Origin: Tubiluchus corallicola
Lineage: Eukaryota > Animalia > Priapulida
DNA length: 64,000 bases
Direction of reading: 5' to 3'
Assembly: GCA_030141605.1 (NCBI GenBank)
Contig: JAQGDQ010000285.1
Coordinates: 1-64,000, forward strand
In this document: piece by piece, positions 11,565 to 21,990 of the stretch
How the letters are laid out: every line of letters begins with the position of its first letter
Numbering within the stretch: the first letter of the stretch is position 1
The notes under the pieces: generated by a model
Databases searched by the model: none
What the model was told of the DNA's origin: nothing
The model's input: the letters and a program-made list of their open reading frames with translations, nothing else
Made by a program: the position numbers and the translations under genes

Positions 11565-12551
11565 AGGTTTTAATTAGGTTTTTCAATCATCAGCTCAAGA
11601 TAAGATTCTTTTGAATTACACGTCAATAAAAAAAGGAAAATTCTATTAAAATATATATAGTGATCAATTGATGTATGTTTCAACAAAGCAAATAAAATTG
11701 TACCCAGTCATCTCTAATACGTCAAACGAAAACAAATTATTAATATTTTTTCTAGTAAAAAATTATGTCGAAATTGTAGCTTTCGTTTGCAAATTTATAT
11801 TTGAGTATTTTACCAATAGAAACCTAACTTACGTTATAATTATACTTTTATAGTATTTGTAATACTAAAATGTTAGCTATGTTGTCTATGAATAATTGTA
11901 AGTATTTATTGTCAACCTAAGTTACTGTGTCTTCACAATCTGCTTTAAATTTTGTAATATGTTCTAGTTGTTACTTTATTGTATTGTTTTTATTCTCTGG
12001 TAATATTATTATGGCTATTCAAGCATCTCATTACATGTTACTATGTTTTTGGTTGTGAATTGTTATGTTTCTGTGCGTCAATAAACCTTAATCTTATCTT
12101 AAATGTGCAGCAAACAGAGTACAGAGACCTTCTGTAAACACTGTCACTGTTTAAGAAAGGTTAAGTTACATAAAAGCATCTTACATAAGGTCTTTTCTTA
12201 CACTGTTAGCCTCTGTAAGCTATTGAACGTGTTTATCACGCTTAATCAATTAATTTAAACGTTGTGAAAGTATACATATTTAAACAATACAAAATTATAT
12301 GTGTAACCACTATATGTTAACTTATATGTGTATGTTTAGGTACAAGAAAACGTTCGGCGTGGAAAGTTCCTGAACTGTATGGTAAGTTAAAGTAACGTAA
12401 GGTAAGTTTTTGAATTGCCTTTTTAAATTAATAATCAGTGTAATTTCTGCGTAACATTGTTTAAGTGAAAAATAATGTATAACAGTATGCAGTTTTTAAA
12501 ATTTTCAGTGTGGCTGTGTTGTTCAAAATTTAATTTGACAGTTCGAAAGTG

Positions 12552-12590
<39 letters not shown>

Positions 12591-13684
12591 TTATTCTCAA
12601 CATAATGTGGTAATATGCATGTTTATACTGTGTTTTCATTAAAACCTAAGACTTACTATAACATTTTTGACAGTTGCCAGCTCCTTGTTAAAATTTCGAT
12701 ATTTAATTATAGCTTCAGCACTGACAAAAGACAGTTTACAAAAAAGGAATGGCTTGGTAGCTTAAATCCAAATTGAATTCCAAAATTTTCAAATTTTTCT
12801 GTCTTTCCAGTTTGGTATCAAGTTGTGATTAGTCATGGGATTGTGTCATTATAAAAAACATTAATTTTTACTAAATCCGGTTGACATGTATTTGCACGAA
12901 AACATAAGGCTCCCATGTCTACTGAAAGAAAAGATAAGGAAAGATGAAGTGAGATAAGGTGAGGTGAGGAAACATGAGGGCGGGGAGGTGAGGTAAGGTA
13001 AGGTAAGTTAATGTAAGTTTAAAAATTGTCTTTCCAATTATTGGTAATCAGTGTAGTTTCTGTGTAACTGTGCTTAAATAAATAATGTTAAGTTTCGTTT
13101 ATTTCACAGCCCCTGATAAAGCCCTGAGCAAGATCTCGAATTGTATTCACAAGAAATGCACTAAAAGACGATTGTAGAAAAAGTAGATTTTCGATTTATT
13201 TTTATTTCTTCCATGTTTGGTACTATAGGATTTAGCCTTTAAACTGTTTACGTCATAAGAAATATTTTGGATTTTCATAGTTGAAAATTTATTAATGGCA
13301 ACTTAGTTCCAAAAACTTGTGCTTTTGGCTTTTATATTGAAACTATTGAACATTATTTACTTTACTACCCGTGGCATGTTGCTGTTAGACATCGTATTTT
13401 GTTATCAACGTGAAATATACTTCTCAATGTAGGCCTCGGAAATTTTGAAAAATCCGACACAGCAATATCAAAATGAATTGTAGGATATGTTTTTTGCTGT
13501 TGTGAATAATTATAACAGAGAAGCTAAACATTTTAACTTAAGCTAAATTGAGCATGACAAGACAAGTTATTCATTCATTCGTTTGTCTCATAGCTATTAG
13601 AAAGTCTCTTATAAATATAGTAAGTAGATTAATGACGATTGTTTGGGGTCTTAGAATGGAATTATAATATTGTAATCGCACGGT

Positions 13685-14530
13685 AGTAGTATAGATGTTT
13701 TGCCTCTGGCCGATTTCCCCACCCCCCCCTTTGGCTGCCCGGGGGGGTGGGGAAAAACACCCCTAAAAAAGTGCGAAAATCCGCGAAAACCCCTAAAAAA
13801 GTGTGAAAACCCGTGTGAAAGTGCGCACGTGACCGAAATCGACGAAAAAGCGCGAAAAACAAAGAAAAACGAAGAAAAGGCGTGTGAAACGAGGTAAAAA
13901 TTTTGCAGTTTTTCCCTCCCGCATGGCTTCATTTGGATCGAATGACCTTGAACTCTAGGTCACGTGACCAAAGTTCATTGACCCCTGGCCCCTGGATGGC
14001 TTCTTTTTTTGACGCCCCATTTTAAACCGCGCAAAACCGCGCGAAAGCATGTGAAAGTGTGTGAAAGCGCGTGAAAGCGTGTGAAAGCGTGTGAAAGCGT
14101 GTGAAAGTGTGTGAAACGAGGTAAAAAGCGCCTCAAACGAAGAAAAAGGGAGAAGTGGAGTTCCCGCCGAGGACTAATTAGTGCTAATTGGCGCTAATTG
14201 GGGAGCCCCTGCCACCCCTCCGCCGCGTGCAAACGTCCGTCCCGGGGGTCGGGGACACCCCCCCTGCAACCCACCCCTCCGTCGCGTGGAATCGTCCACT
14301 GCAGGCAATGAGGGAAATCTTTTTCCCGCCACTCGCGCAGTGCCGGCCCTTTTCCGCGACCACTTCTCTCTCTCGGGTGCCCTCCCTTTTCCGCGACCAC
14401 TTCTCTCGCGGGTTTAGATGTGTGTGTGTGTGTGCGTGTGGAGATTTATTTCAAATGCCAAAGTTTGATAAATGCATTTTCACAAATCTTTTTTATTGAT
14501 GGATTACAGGTGTGGAGATTTATTTCAAAC
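13685..14530 (+). repeat. Left terminal inverted repeat
   Basis: Reverse complement of 15972-16798 (mirrored spurious ORFs 13651-13932/16551-16922 and 14188-14499/16302 confirm it). Contains gcgtgtgaaa 10-mer arrays. Confidence 0.95.
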
Positions 14531-14715
14531 GCCAAAGTTCGATAAATGCATTTTCACAAAACTTTTTTTATTGATGGATTACAAAAATTTTTTTTACATT
14601 TTTTATGCAAAATACATACGTGCTAAAACTAGATTATTATTATTATGGTGACATGATAGTTCTACATTTTACGTTTTTTTCGCAAATTACACAAATTATG
14701 CAAATTACAGTAAAA

Positions 14716-15306
14716 CTACACTAATGACGACGAGCGAGTACATGGATTGTCGTCGTCGTCGTCGATGTGATACAGACAAACGTTATTGTTGTTAAAAACG
14801 AATTCGTTAAATTTGCGGAAAACGCGAGAGAAATCCTCGACCTTTGTCCCGCCCATCATTATTATGCTTCCGGTGTGAAAAATGTTCAGAGTAATTTGCT
14901 CGCATTTGCAAGTTAGTTTGGGAAATAGTTCCACTTCGTAAAACACTTCTCTAAAAGAATGCGTCGAAGGACGAACGAGTTCTTCGTACAGTGCACCCAG
15001 TTTCAATCTGCAGCGTATTTTGGCTCTGGCGGTGATGGTGCGAATTGCGATCCCGTCGGCGGGCGTCAGTCCGAGACCTTTCGAGAGTTCTTCGATCGCA
15101 TTGCGTAGTACTTTTTCCTCCGAAAAACCGTTGGCCACCACGGAGCCGGAGGCAAAAATCATCAGCGTCCCGCCCAGTCGCTTCAGCAGAACCATTTGCG
15201 GTTTTCTTTCGTAGCGTCTTCCGCCCGTTCTCCGCCGGAGTTCGTTCAGATCGAAGCGCTGCGAGAACGAAGCCGTGGCGACGATGTTGACCGTTTGGAC
15301 TGACAC
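14716..15306 (-). CDS. Divergent TATA-box-binding protein (TBP)-like protein, two-repeat saddle fold, element-encoded
   Basis: Repeat 1: VNIVATASF..FDLNEL...TLMIFASGSVVANG. Repeat 2: TITARA...LKLGAL...YEVELFPKL...LNIFHTGSIIMMGGTK. These match TBP motifs NIVST, LIFxSGK and YEPELFPGL. The start is uncertain: an in-frame GTG is at 15306 and the frame stays open to 15717. Confidence 0.85.
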   Translation of the reverse strand: MSVQTVNIVATASFSQRFDLNELRRRTGGRRYERKPQMVLLKRLGGTLMIFASGSVVANGFSEEKVLRNAIEELSKGLGLTPADGIAIRTITARAKIRCRLKLGALYEELVRPSTHSFREVFYEVELFPKLTCKCEQITLNIFHTGSIIMMGGTKVEDFSRVFRKFNEFVFNNNNVCLYHIDDDDDNPCTRSSSLV

Positions 15307-15758
15307 GTTAGAACGTAGTTGGCAATCGTTTCGGACGCCCGAACCGCTCTGCCTCGTCCGTTGCTCTGCCAACGTATGGCGGGCGGCGGGTGCTCGCTTT
15401 CCAGATCCTCTACGCGTATGACCACGCGATTTTTGGGGAGATGTTTTTTGACGAAATCGTACATCTCTGCTCCCTTGACGTAGGTGATCCTGCCTCTGGT
15501 GGTCTGTCGTAGAATGTTTTCCAATTCTGCGTACTCGATCATTCCCTCCTCCCACGAGATGCCGTGTATGTGTCTGATTAGGTAGTTGTAGGTGGATCGC
15601 TTGTGCTGGGGAACGCGATTCCAGGGGTGGGGCGGTTTGAAGGTGTAGTTGTGATATATGCCGGTCTCTATTTCGCGAATTACCAAATTTTTGACCAGGT
15701 ATTCTTCTTTTCCGCACTGGAAGGCATCTATGGTGAGAACTATGCTCGATTCAGACAT
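15246..15758 (-). CDS. DEDD/DnaQ-exonuclease-like protein of the type seen in invertebrate Polintons (possibly inactive)
   Basis: Pattern IDAF..YLVKNLVI...FKPPHPW...NYL..HIHGISWEEG..Y...YVKG.E recalls a Polinton-associated hypothetical family. Its ATG overlaps the stop of the upstream ORF (ATGTCTGA). Confidence 0.6.
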   Translation of the reverse strand: MSESSIVLTIDAFQCGKEEYLVKNLVIREIETGIYHNYTFKPPHPWNRVPQHKRSTYNYLIRHIHGISWEEGMIEYAELENILRQTTRGRITYVKGAEMYDFVKKHLPKNRVVIRVEDLESEHPPPAIRWQSNGRGRAVRASETIANYVLTCQSKRSTSSPRLRSRSASI

Positions 15759-15969
15759 CTGTGACGATGGGGGGTCCTTCTACGCCGTCGGCAACGAGTT
15801 TTCCTTCGATGACGATTTGCTTGTGATTGTTCACAAATTCCAGAGACTTGATTTTTTCGAAGGTGTATTTTTTTATGACCTTGTTGGGGGCACTCTTGCG
15901 TGCGTTGGCGCGCTTGCCGCCCCGCGTCCCCGCTTGTTGTTGTTGCTTGCGAGGAACGGTGGTTAGAGG
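15751..15969 (-). pseudogene. C-terminal remnant of a basic protein gene cut by the deletion breakpoint
   Basis: TTVPRKQQQQAGTRGGKRANARKSAPNKVIKKYTFEKIKSLEF...VTDV*. There is no ATG in the unique region, the upstream frame runs into the TIR, and the stop overlaps the next ATG. Confidence 0.5.
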
Positions 15970-15971
15970 TT

Positions 15972-16798
15972 GTTTGAAATAAATCCACACCTGTAATCCA
16001 TAATAAAAGATTTGTGAAAATGCATTTATCAAACTTTGGCATTTGAAATAAATCTCCACACGCACACACACACATCTAAACCCGCGAGAGAAGTGGTCGC
16101 GGAAAAGGAAGGGCACCCGAGAGAGAGAAGTGCTCGCGGAAAAGGGCCGGCACTGCGCGAGTGGCGGGAAAAGATTTCCCTCATTGCCTGCAGTGGACGA
16201 TTCCACGCGACGGAGGGGTGGGTTGCAGGGGGGGTCCCCGACCCCCGGGACGGACGTTTGCACGCGGCGGAGGGGTGGCAGGGGCTCCCCAATTAGCGCC
16301 AATTAGCACTAATTAGTCCTCGGCGGGAACTCCACTTCTCCCTTTTTCTTCGTTTGAGGCGCTTTTTACCTCGTTTCACACACTTTCACACGCTTTCACA
16401 CGCTTTCACGCGCTTTCACGCGCTTTCACACACTTTCACACGCTTTCGCGCGCTTTCACGCGGTTTAAAATGGGGCGTCAAAAAAAGAAGCCATCCAGGG
16501 GTCAATGAACTTTGGTCACGTGACCTAGAGTTCAAGGTCATTCGATCCAAATGAAGCCATGCGGGAGGGAAAAACTGGAAAATTTTTACCTCGTTTCACA
16601 CGCCTTTTCTTCGTTTTTCTTTGTTTTTCGCGCTTTTTCGTCGATTTCGGTCACGTGCGCACTTTCACACGGGTTTTCACACTTTTTTAGGGGTTTTCCC
16701 GGATTTTCGCACTTTTTTAGGGGTGTTTTTCCCCACCCCCCCGGGGAAATCCCCACCCCCCCCGGGAAATCGGCCAGAGGTGTAACATCTATCCTACT
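15972..16798 (-). repeat. Right terminal inverted repeat
   Basis: Reverse complement of 13685-14530, with small indels and a divergent outermost ~60 bp. Confidence 0.95.
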
Positions 16799-17042
16799 GA
16801 CTCACACACTGAAAATCTCTCAGGTGGCACTTCTCCTAGCGATCAATCGTGAATTTGTTGACATTAATGCTCGAAGTTGCCTAATTTCGATCCTTATAAT
16901 CGCGATCGCTTTAGAATCATGAAACACATACCGTAACCACTCAACTATCACACATGAATAAATAAATTCCATGTACAGCTGGGTTTGAGAGCAAAATCAT
17001 CGTCTAGCAAGTAAAGGCTTTCCTTTTGAATAGCAGGACAGC

Positions 17043-17258
<216 letters not shown>

Positions 17259-18177
17259 GGGGGCGTTGTTTAGTCCGTTCACATTAGTCTAGTTGTTCTA
17301 ATTTCGCTGTGTACTTCAATCAGTGCTTGAGTAAGGCATAAACTACAGGTGTCAGGGCCTCATAATCGGGAGTGGCTTCACAATTGCACATTTTCAATAG
17401 GTTATTTTGTTTTCTAATGATAAATACATTTGACAAGGGATTTTTGAAAACGCTTTTTTGGCAACATTTTTTGCATGTAAAGATGTGACCTCTAGACTGT
17501 AAATCACATCTCATACTAATTACAAATGTGATGATCAACAAAAAACAAGCAAACAGTTTCGGAATTCGAAGATATGCAAGCTTTTGTTTTCAGTTTTTTA
17601 GACATTCAGTAGCAATTTTTCTGTTTTTTGTGTAATACAGCTTTATAGCCTCAGAGGAAGCTGATGCTAGTAACTGTCATGTCAAAATTTTTCAGGAAAT
17701 TTATTTTATAACTACACTGTGAATTCGCGAAAATTTTGTTTGAACAAAATAAACACTGTTTTTCTCATACTGGTACATATACTTTTAAATGAAACACAAA
17801 AACACATGACGTCTTCTATACTGTAGAACATTGTGGGGGGGGGGGCGGTGTGGCAGACTGACTTGGAACCACGCATCTTTATAGGTAGCATTTTTTTCGG
17901 TTTATGTAGTACTGTATTTAACGTGTAATATTAGTGCTCTGCCTATGTACATTGTATGTATTTGTGCAAATACAACTGAATGGAAAGATTGACCAGCATA
18001 ATCAGCTTTACCAGCAAAACAACAAAAGTCGAAGGTTAAGATAACAATAACTAATAGTTTTCACTGACTAAAAATAATTACCGTAATTTATCAGTGACAA
18101 ATTATAGCAATATTCATTCCTTCTTTGATTATCACTCTGAACAGCTATTGGGTTTCTCTTTAGCTACGCGGTGCAAC

Positions 18178-18197
18178 GAGAGAGAGAGAGAGAGAGA

Positions 18198-18231
<34 letters not shown>

Positions 18232-18239
18232 GGGAGAGG

Positions 18240-18322
<83 letters not shown>
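18178..18322. repeat. (GA)n microsatellite
   Basis: Direct reading. Confidence 0.97.
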
Positions 18323-18326
<4 letters not shown>

Positions 18327-19075
18327 GGGGGGGTTGTTGAGTATTGTGTATTTTTTTATCTCAACAACTTTGACACTTAGTTATTAGAGTATTTCATGTA
18401 ACTTATTAATTACTCACTGCTCTAACCTATTAAAAATATTTTTAGTTGTTTCATCTATTTTTAGTCGTTTCATCTTCAAATAAAATATTTTGAATGAATG
18501 AATGAATGAAAGAATCTATTTTTATAGTTAGTGGAATATTTGAAAACAGGATGTATAATGGTACAAATATGGGTAAGCTGAAAGCTACTAGCCAATCTCC
18601 GAGAAGGTTGAAGAACACAAAACATATAATGAAGTCAGAAAGGCTGGCTCTTGCTTCGGCAAGACCACATGAACCAGGTGTTAAAGTAAATTGATTTTTT
18701 GGATTTAAAAGATTAGCTTTCAGACAGTCTTTAGACATCTATTGTACAGTTTTTTACTTCTTAAATCTAGCAGCTGTCTTATATTCAATTTATTATGATG
18801 TGTCCTTTATCTTTTTATTTATTTGTTATGCTGTTAACTGACACAATACAACTTCTGTATCATCTAACATCTTCTGATAGAGAGAGAGAACTAGGTGGGG
18901 GGAAAAGGGAGCATTTTGAAAAGTGGTCTGTGTGTTATCCTGTCGTCACAGCAAACGAAAATATTGTTTTTATACAGAAAAACCGCTCAAGAACTTTATT
19001 ACCATAGAATTGTACAATCAAATAATTATAATACAAGCAGTTTGTTTTTGTATGATGACAAATTACATTTAGTTG

Positions 19076-19076
<1 letters not shown>

Positions 19077-19142
<66 letters not shown>
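19077..19142. repeat. (TA)n microsatellite
   Basis: Direct reading. Confidence 0.97.
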
Positions 19143-19146
<4 letters not shown>

Positions 19147-19287
19147 GTCTTAACTAAATTTCAATCTCTTTTCAGTTAGTACTAATAAAAAATAAACTGA
19201 AATCATTATACTATAGTTATTTTATGGTCAAATCGCGCAGGTCGACAATAATAGCTTTTCGAGCGCACTGCATGTGAGTTCAAGAAT

Positions 19288-19692
19288 TTACCGCTGTCGT
19301 TCTCGCATTTTAATAAAATAGTCAATAAAATTTTCACTTAGTTCGTTAGGGCTATGAACTCTGTCAAAACGGTCGTCTAGCCACAATAGTCTTTCTTGTT
19401 CCAGAGCTTCTCCCGCCTCTCTGATTCTACCCATGTTAAATGCAGTCTGGATTAACTCATCTGTTAACGGGTTACTGTACCCGTAATAGTCTAGAGAAGC
19501 GTTCGAAGTTCTCTTCCCAAATCGCATTGGATGTCTAGCTCTACATTCGTAGCACAGTTTGTGCATCCTTTTTGCAATCGTCTGTTTGTTACACAAGTCA
19601 CAGTAGGAAGGTTTGGCATTGGAAGCTGTTGCAATACCAACAACAAAGCACACGGAAATGATGATAAACGTAAATGAAGAATGCCACGCCAT
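19288..19692 (-). CDS. Neuropeptide precursor, CCRFamide-like
   Basis: Hydrophobic signal peptide (MAWHSSFTFIIISVCFVVGIATA), then a peptide with CxxC...CxxC ending MRF-G-KR (amidation Gly plus dibasic cleavage), then an acidic propeptide. A splice acceptor (ttgcag) lies 2 nt upstream of the ATG. Confidence 0.8.
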   Translation of the reverse strand: MAWHSSFTFIIISVCFVVGIATASNAKPSYCDLCNKQTIAKRMHKLCYECRARHPMRFGKRTSNASLDYYGYSNPLTDELIQTAFNMGRIREAGEALEQERLLWLDDRFDRVHSPNELSENFIDYFIKMRERQR

Positions 19693-20821
19693 ATCTGCAA
19701 ATATATTAACATAAAAGTAATAACAAATTTAAGACTGCAAGTACAAAAGAGCTAGAAAACTTATGAGACGAACTCGTCAAATAAATAGAGCAAATAAAGA
19801 TCATGATTAGACTCAGTCACAAATCATGACCATTCCTATATTAATTTTTTATACAATTCATCATTTATTGTTACATAACGACGCAAAAATTGCTACATAA
19901 TGACGCACAAACTGTTACATAATTGTGATGACAACGTTGTTAGAATGATCGTTACACAATGATCGTTTCATAATAATGAATTTTCTCATTTATTACACAA
20001 TAAGCATTGGTTTAAAATACTGTACAACTTTTGATTGTGATCGTCTGCAACAACGACACAAATTACATGTACATGACGTCATGCAGCAGCAGAAATTCAC
20101 AAGTGTATTACAGGTTACTTATTCTTCTAGCACGGCATTACTAAAGCTGCCTTTGCGGCTTTAAAAAGAATTAATGCCGGTAATGACATTTCTTAAACAG
20201 CTGCTACTGGACTATTAACTATTACTGAGTTCATGTCCCATTCGTCCACTAACTATAGGCAGTAAACGATTAATTAATAAAGCACAACTTGGAGGCATCT
20301 CTGCGTATATCATAGCATTTAACAGTGTTAGAAAAAAGTTATCATCATCACAATTTTTAAAAAATATGGGTATAATTATATATAGTATAGTATTATGTAT
20401 TTTCCAACACCAAAAATATTCCACGAATGTATTGCACGACGTGTTTGCGAAAGAGAAAATTGAAGTACAATATTACAGTAAGAGATTCAGTGCGTTGTAA
20501 TAAAAAGCGGCAAGTTTTGAGATAAAAATTCAAATTTCAAATTTACTGCTGTTCTCATCGCATAAGCTCTCGAACATGTGTACTATGCCAGAATCGAAAA
20601 CATCTGAACTGAAGTACAGTACCTGTTTTTTGTACAACGCATTTTCGAAATGCAGGCGTCTAACTAGAGAACGGTGAAATGTTTTGCTTTAACAGACTTA
20701 TTATTACTATTTATAATGTCTATAAAAATCTCTGAATTACCCGCTTTCCATTTTAACAAGGCCCAGGATTTAGAAAAGACTCAAATAAATGCACTAAATC
20801 AGAAAGTCAAAAAATTTTTAC

Positions 20822-20892
20822 ACCTCCTCTAAGATTTGAAACCGAGACCTTCCGCTTCTCTGGCAGCTATGCTAATTGTTACACCACAGAGG
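20822..20892 (-). mobile_element. tRNA-derived SINE head
   Basis: Reverse complement has A-box-like TGGTGTAACAATTAGCA and B-box-like GGTTTCAAATC; homologous to 51047-51113 and 51220-51281. Confidence 0.55.
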
Positions 20893-21851
20893 TGAAGACT
20901 TTTCAGACTCAGAAATGTACACTAAAACTCTAAAACAGATTTTGAAAATTAAGCATTACAGTGTTGGAAGGAGAAGGTCTGACCAGTAACCAAGAAATAA
21001 AGCAGAATAGAAGTTGCATGGTAATACATGGTAAATATGCTCATCCATTCTTTGTTCTGTAATTAACCTGCAAATGAAAAGGGCCCAAGTGTAGTATTAT
21101 TATTAATGTTTGAATGGCTTTTAAAGCGATATTAACTTGAAAGATAATAAATGTCACATAAAAATACCACACTAATAAGCATGAAAATTAAGATTTATTA
21201 CATTTTTACTCAGATTTCGTGGTACGTGTATGGTGTATGCTCAACATATCAGCGTGCTTTGCAACTTTGTAAACTATTTACACATCGGGCTGTTTACTGT
21301 AGTCTTACTACAATTTAATGCATTCCTCGTTGCAATAAGTATCCTTCTCAGTCCCGAAATTGCTCATTTTTCGTACATAATTTATGAGTAGCTAGGAAAA
21401 AGGTTGTCTCTCATTAATTTATCTCGCTCAACTCAAGTTAATTTTCTCGAGAAATTCCAACGCGGCAGTCAGGAGTTACAAGAAAAGTCAGGGAGGCTCA
21501 CAGAGTTTTGAGTTAAATCTAAACAAAATTAATTTTATGTTAGTAAAAAACTAACGTCCGAAATGCTATATATTATATTTAAGGTGGAATGTGCTAGTGA
21601 CAAGACTTTAGTTTTTTAAACTTTTAAAAAGTTCATTATGTTTTCTATAATGCATGGCATCTATTTAGGTAGCATTTGTTTGAATGCCTGATTCACAGCA
21701 TTACAAATTGGGTGCTTATTAATTCTGCTAATGATAAATAGAAACTAATATGCGACAAACTATCTGAGTGCTAAATTTCAGTGCTCATCTCAGAGAAAGA
21801 AATAAACGAGATCGTGAGGATCCGTTTGGTGAGGTGGCATTGAGGTGAGTA

Positions 21852-21990
21852 CGACAACGACCACAACCACAACCACAACAACAGTAACAGCAATAGCAAT
21901 AGTGACAGCAACAGCAACAGCAACAGCAACAACAGCAGCAGCAGCAACAACAACAACAACAGCAACAGCAACAACCATAATAATAATAAA
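21852..21990. repeat. (CAA/CAG)n compound trinucleotide repeat
   Basis: Direct reading. Confidence 0.9.

Larger units (their letters stand above)
13685..16798. mobile_element. Non-autonomous Polinton/Maverick-like element (internal-deletion derivative) with long TIRs
   Basis: Left end AGTAGTATAGATGTTTTGCCTCTGGCCG; right end reverse complement AGTAGGATAGATGTTACACCTCTGGCCG. ~830 bp inverted repeats, GC-richer than the flanks, overlapping intronless ORFs. No pPolB, integrase or capsid gene is seen. Confidence 0.75.

Noticed and set aside
13651-14499. ORFs within the TIRs, mirrored at 16029-16922
   Set aside because: They arise from GC-rich, stop-poor inverted repeats and frameshift differently between the two arms; no protein motifs.
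15307-15717. N-terminal 137 aa of the 333-aa ORF as a real TBP extension
   Set aside because: It is the alternative frame of the exonuclease-like gene and has Arg/Gln/His-rich off-frame composition; not treated as coding without evidence.
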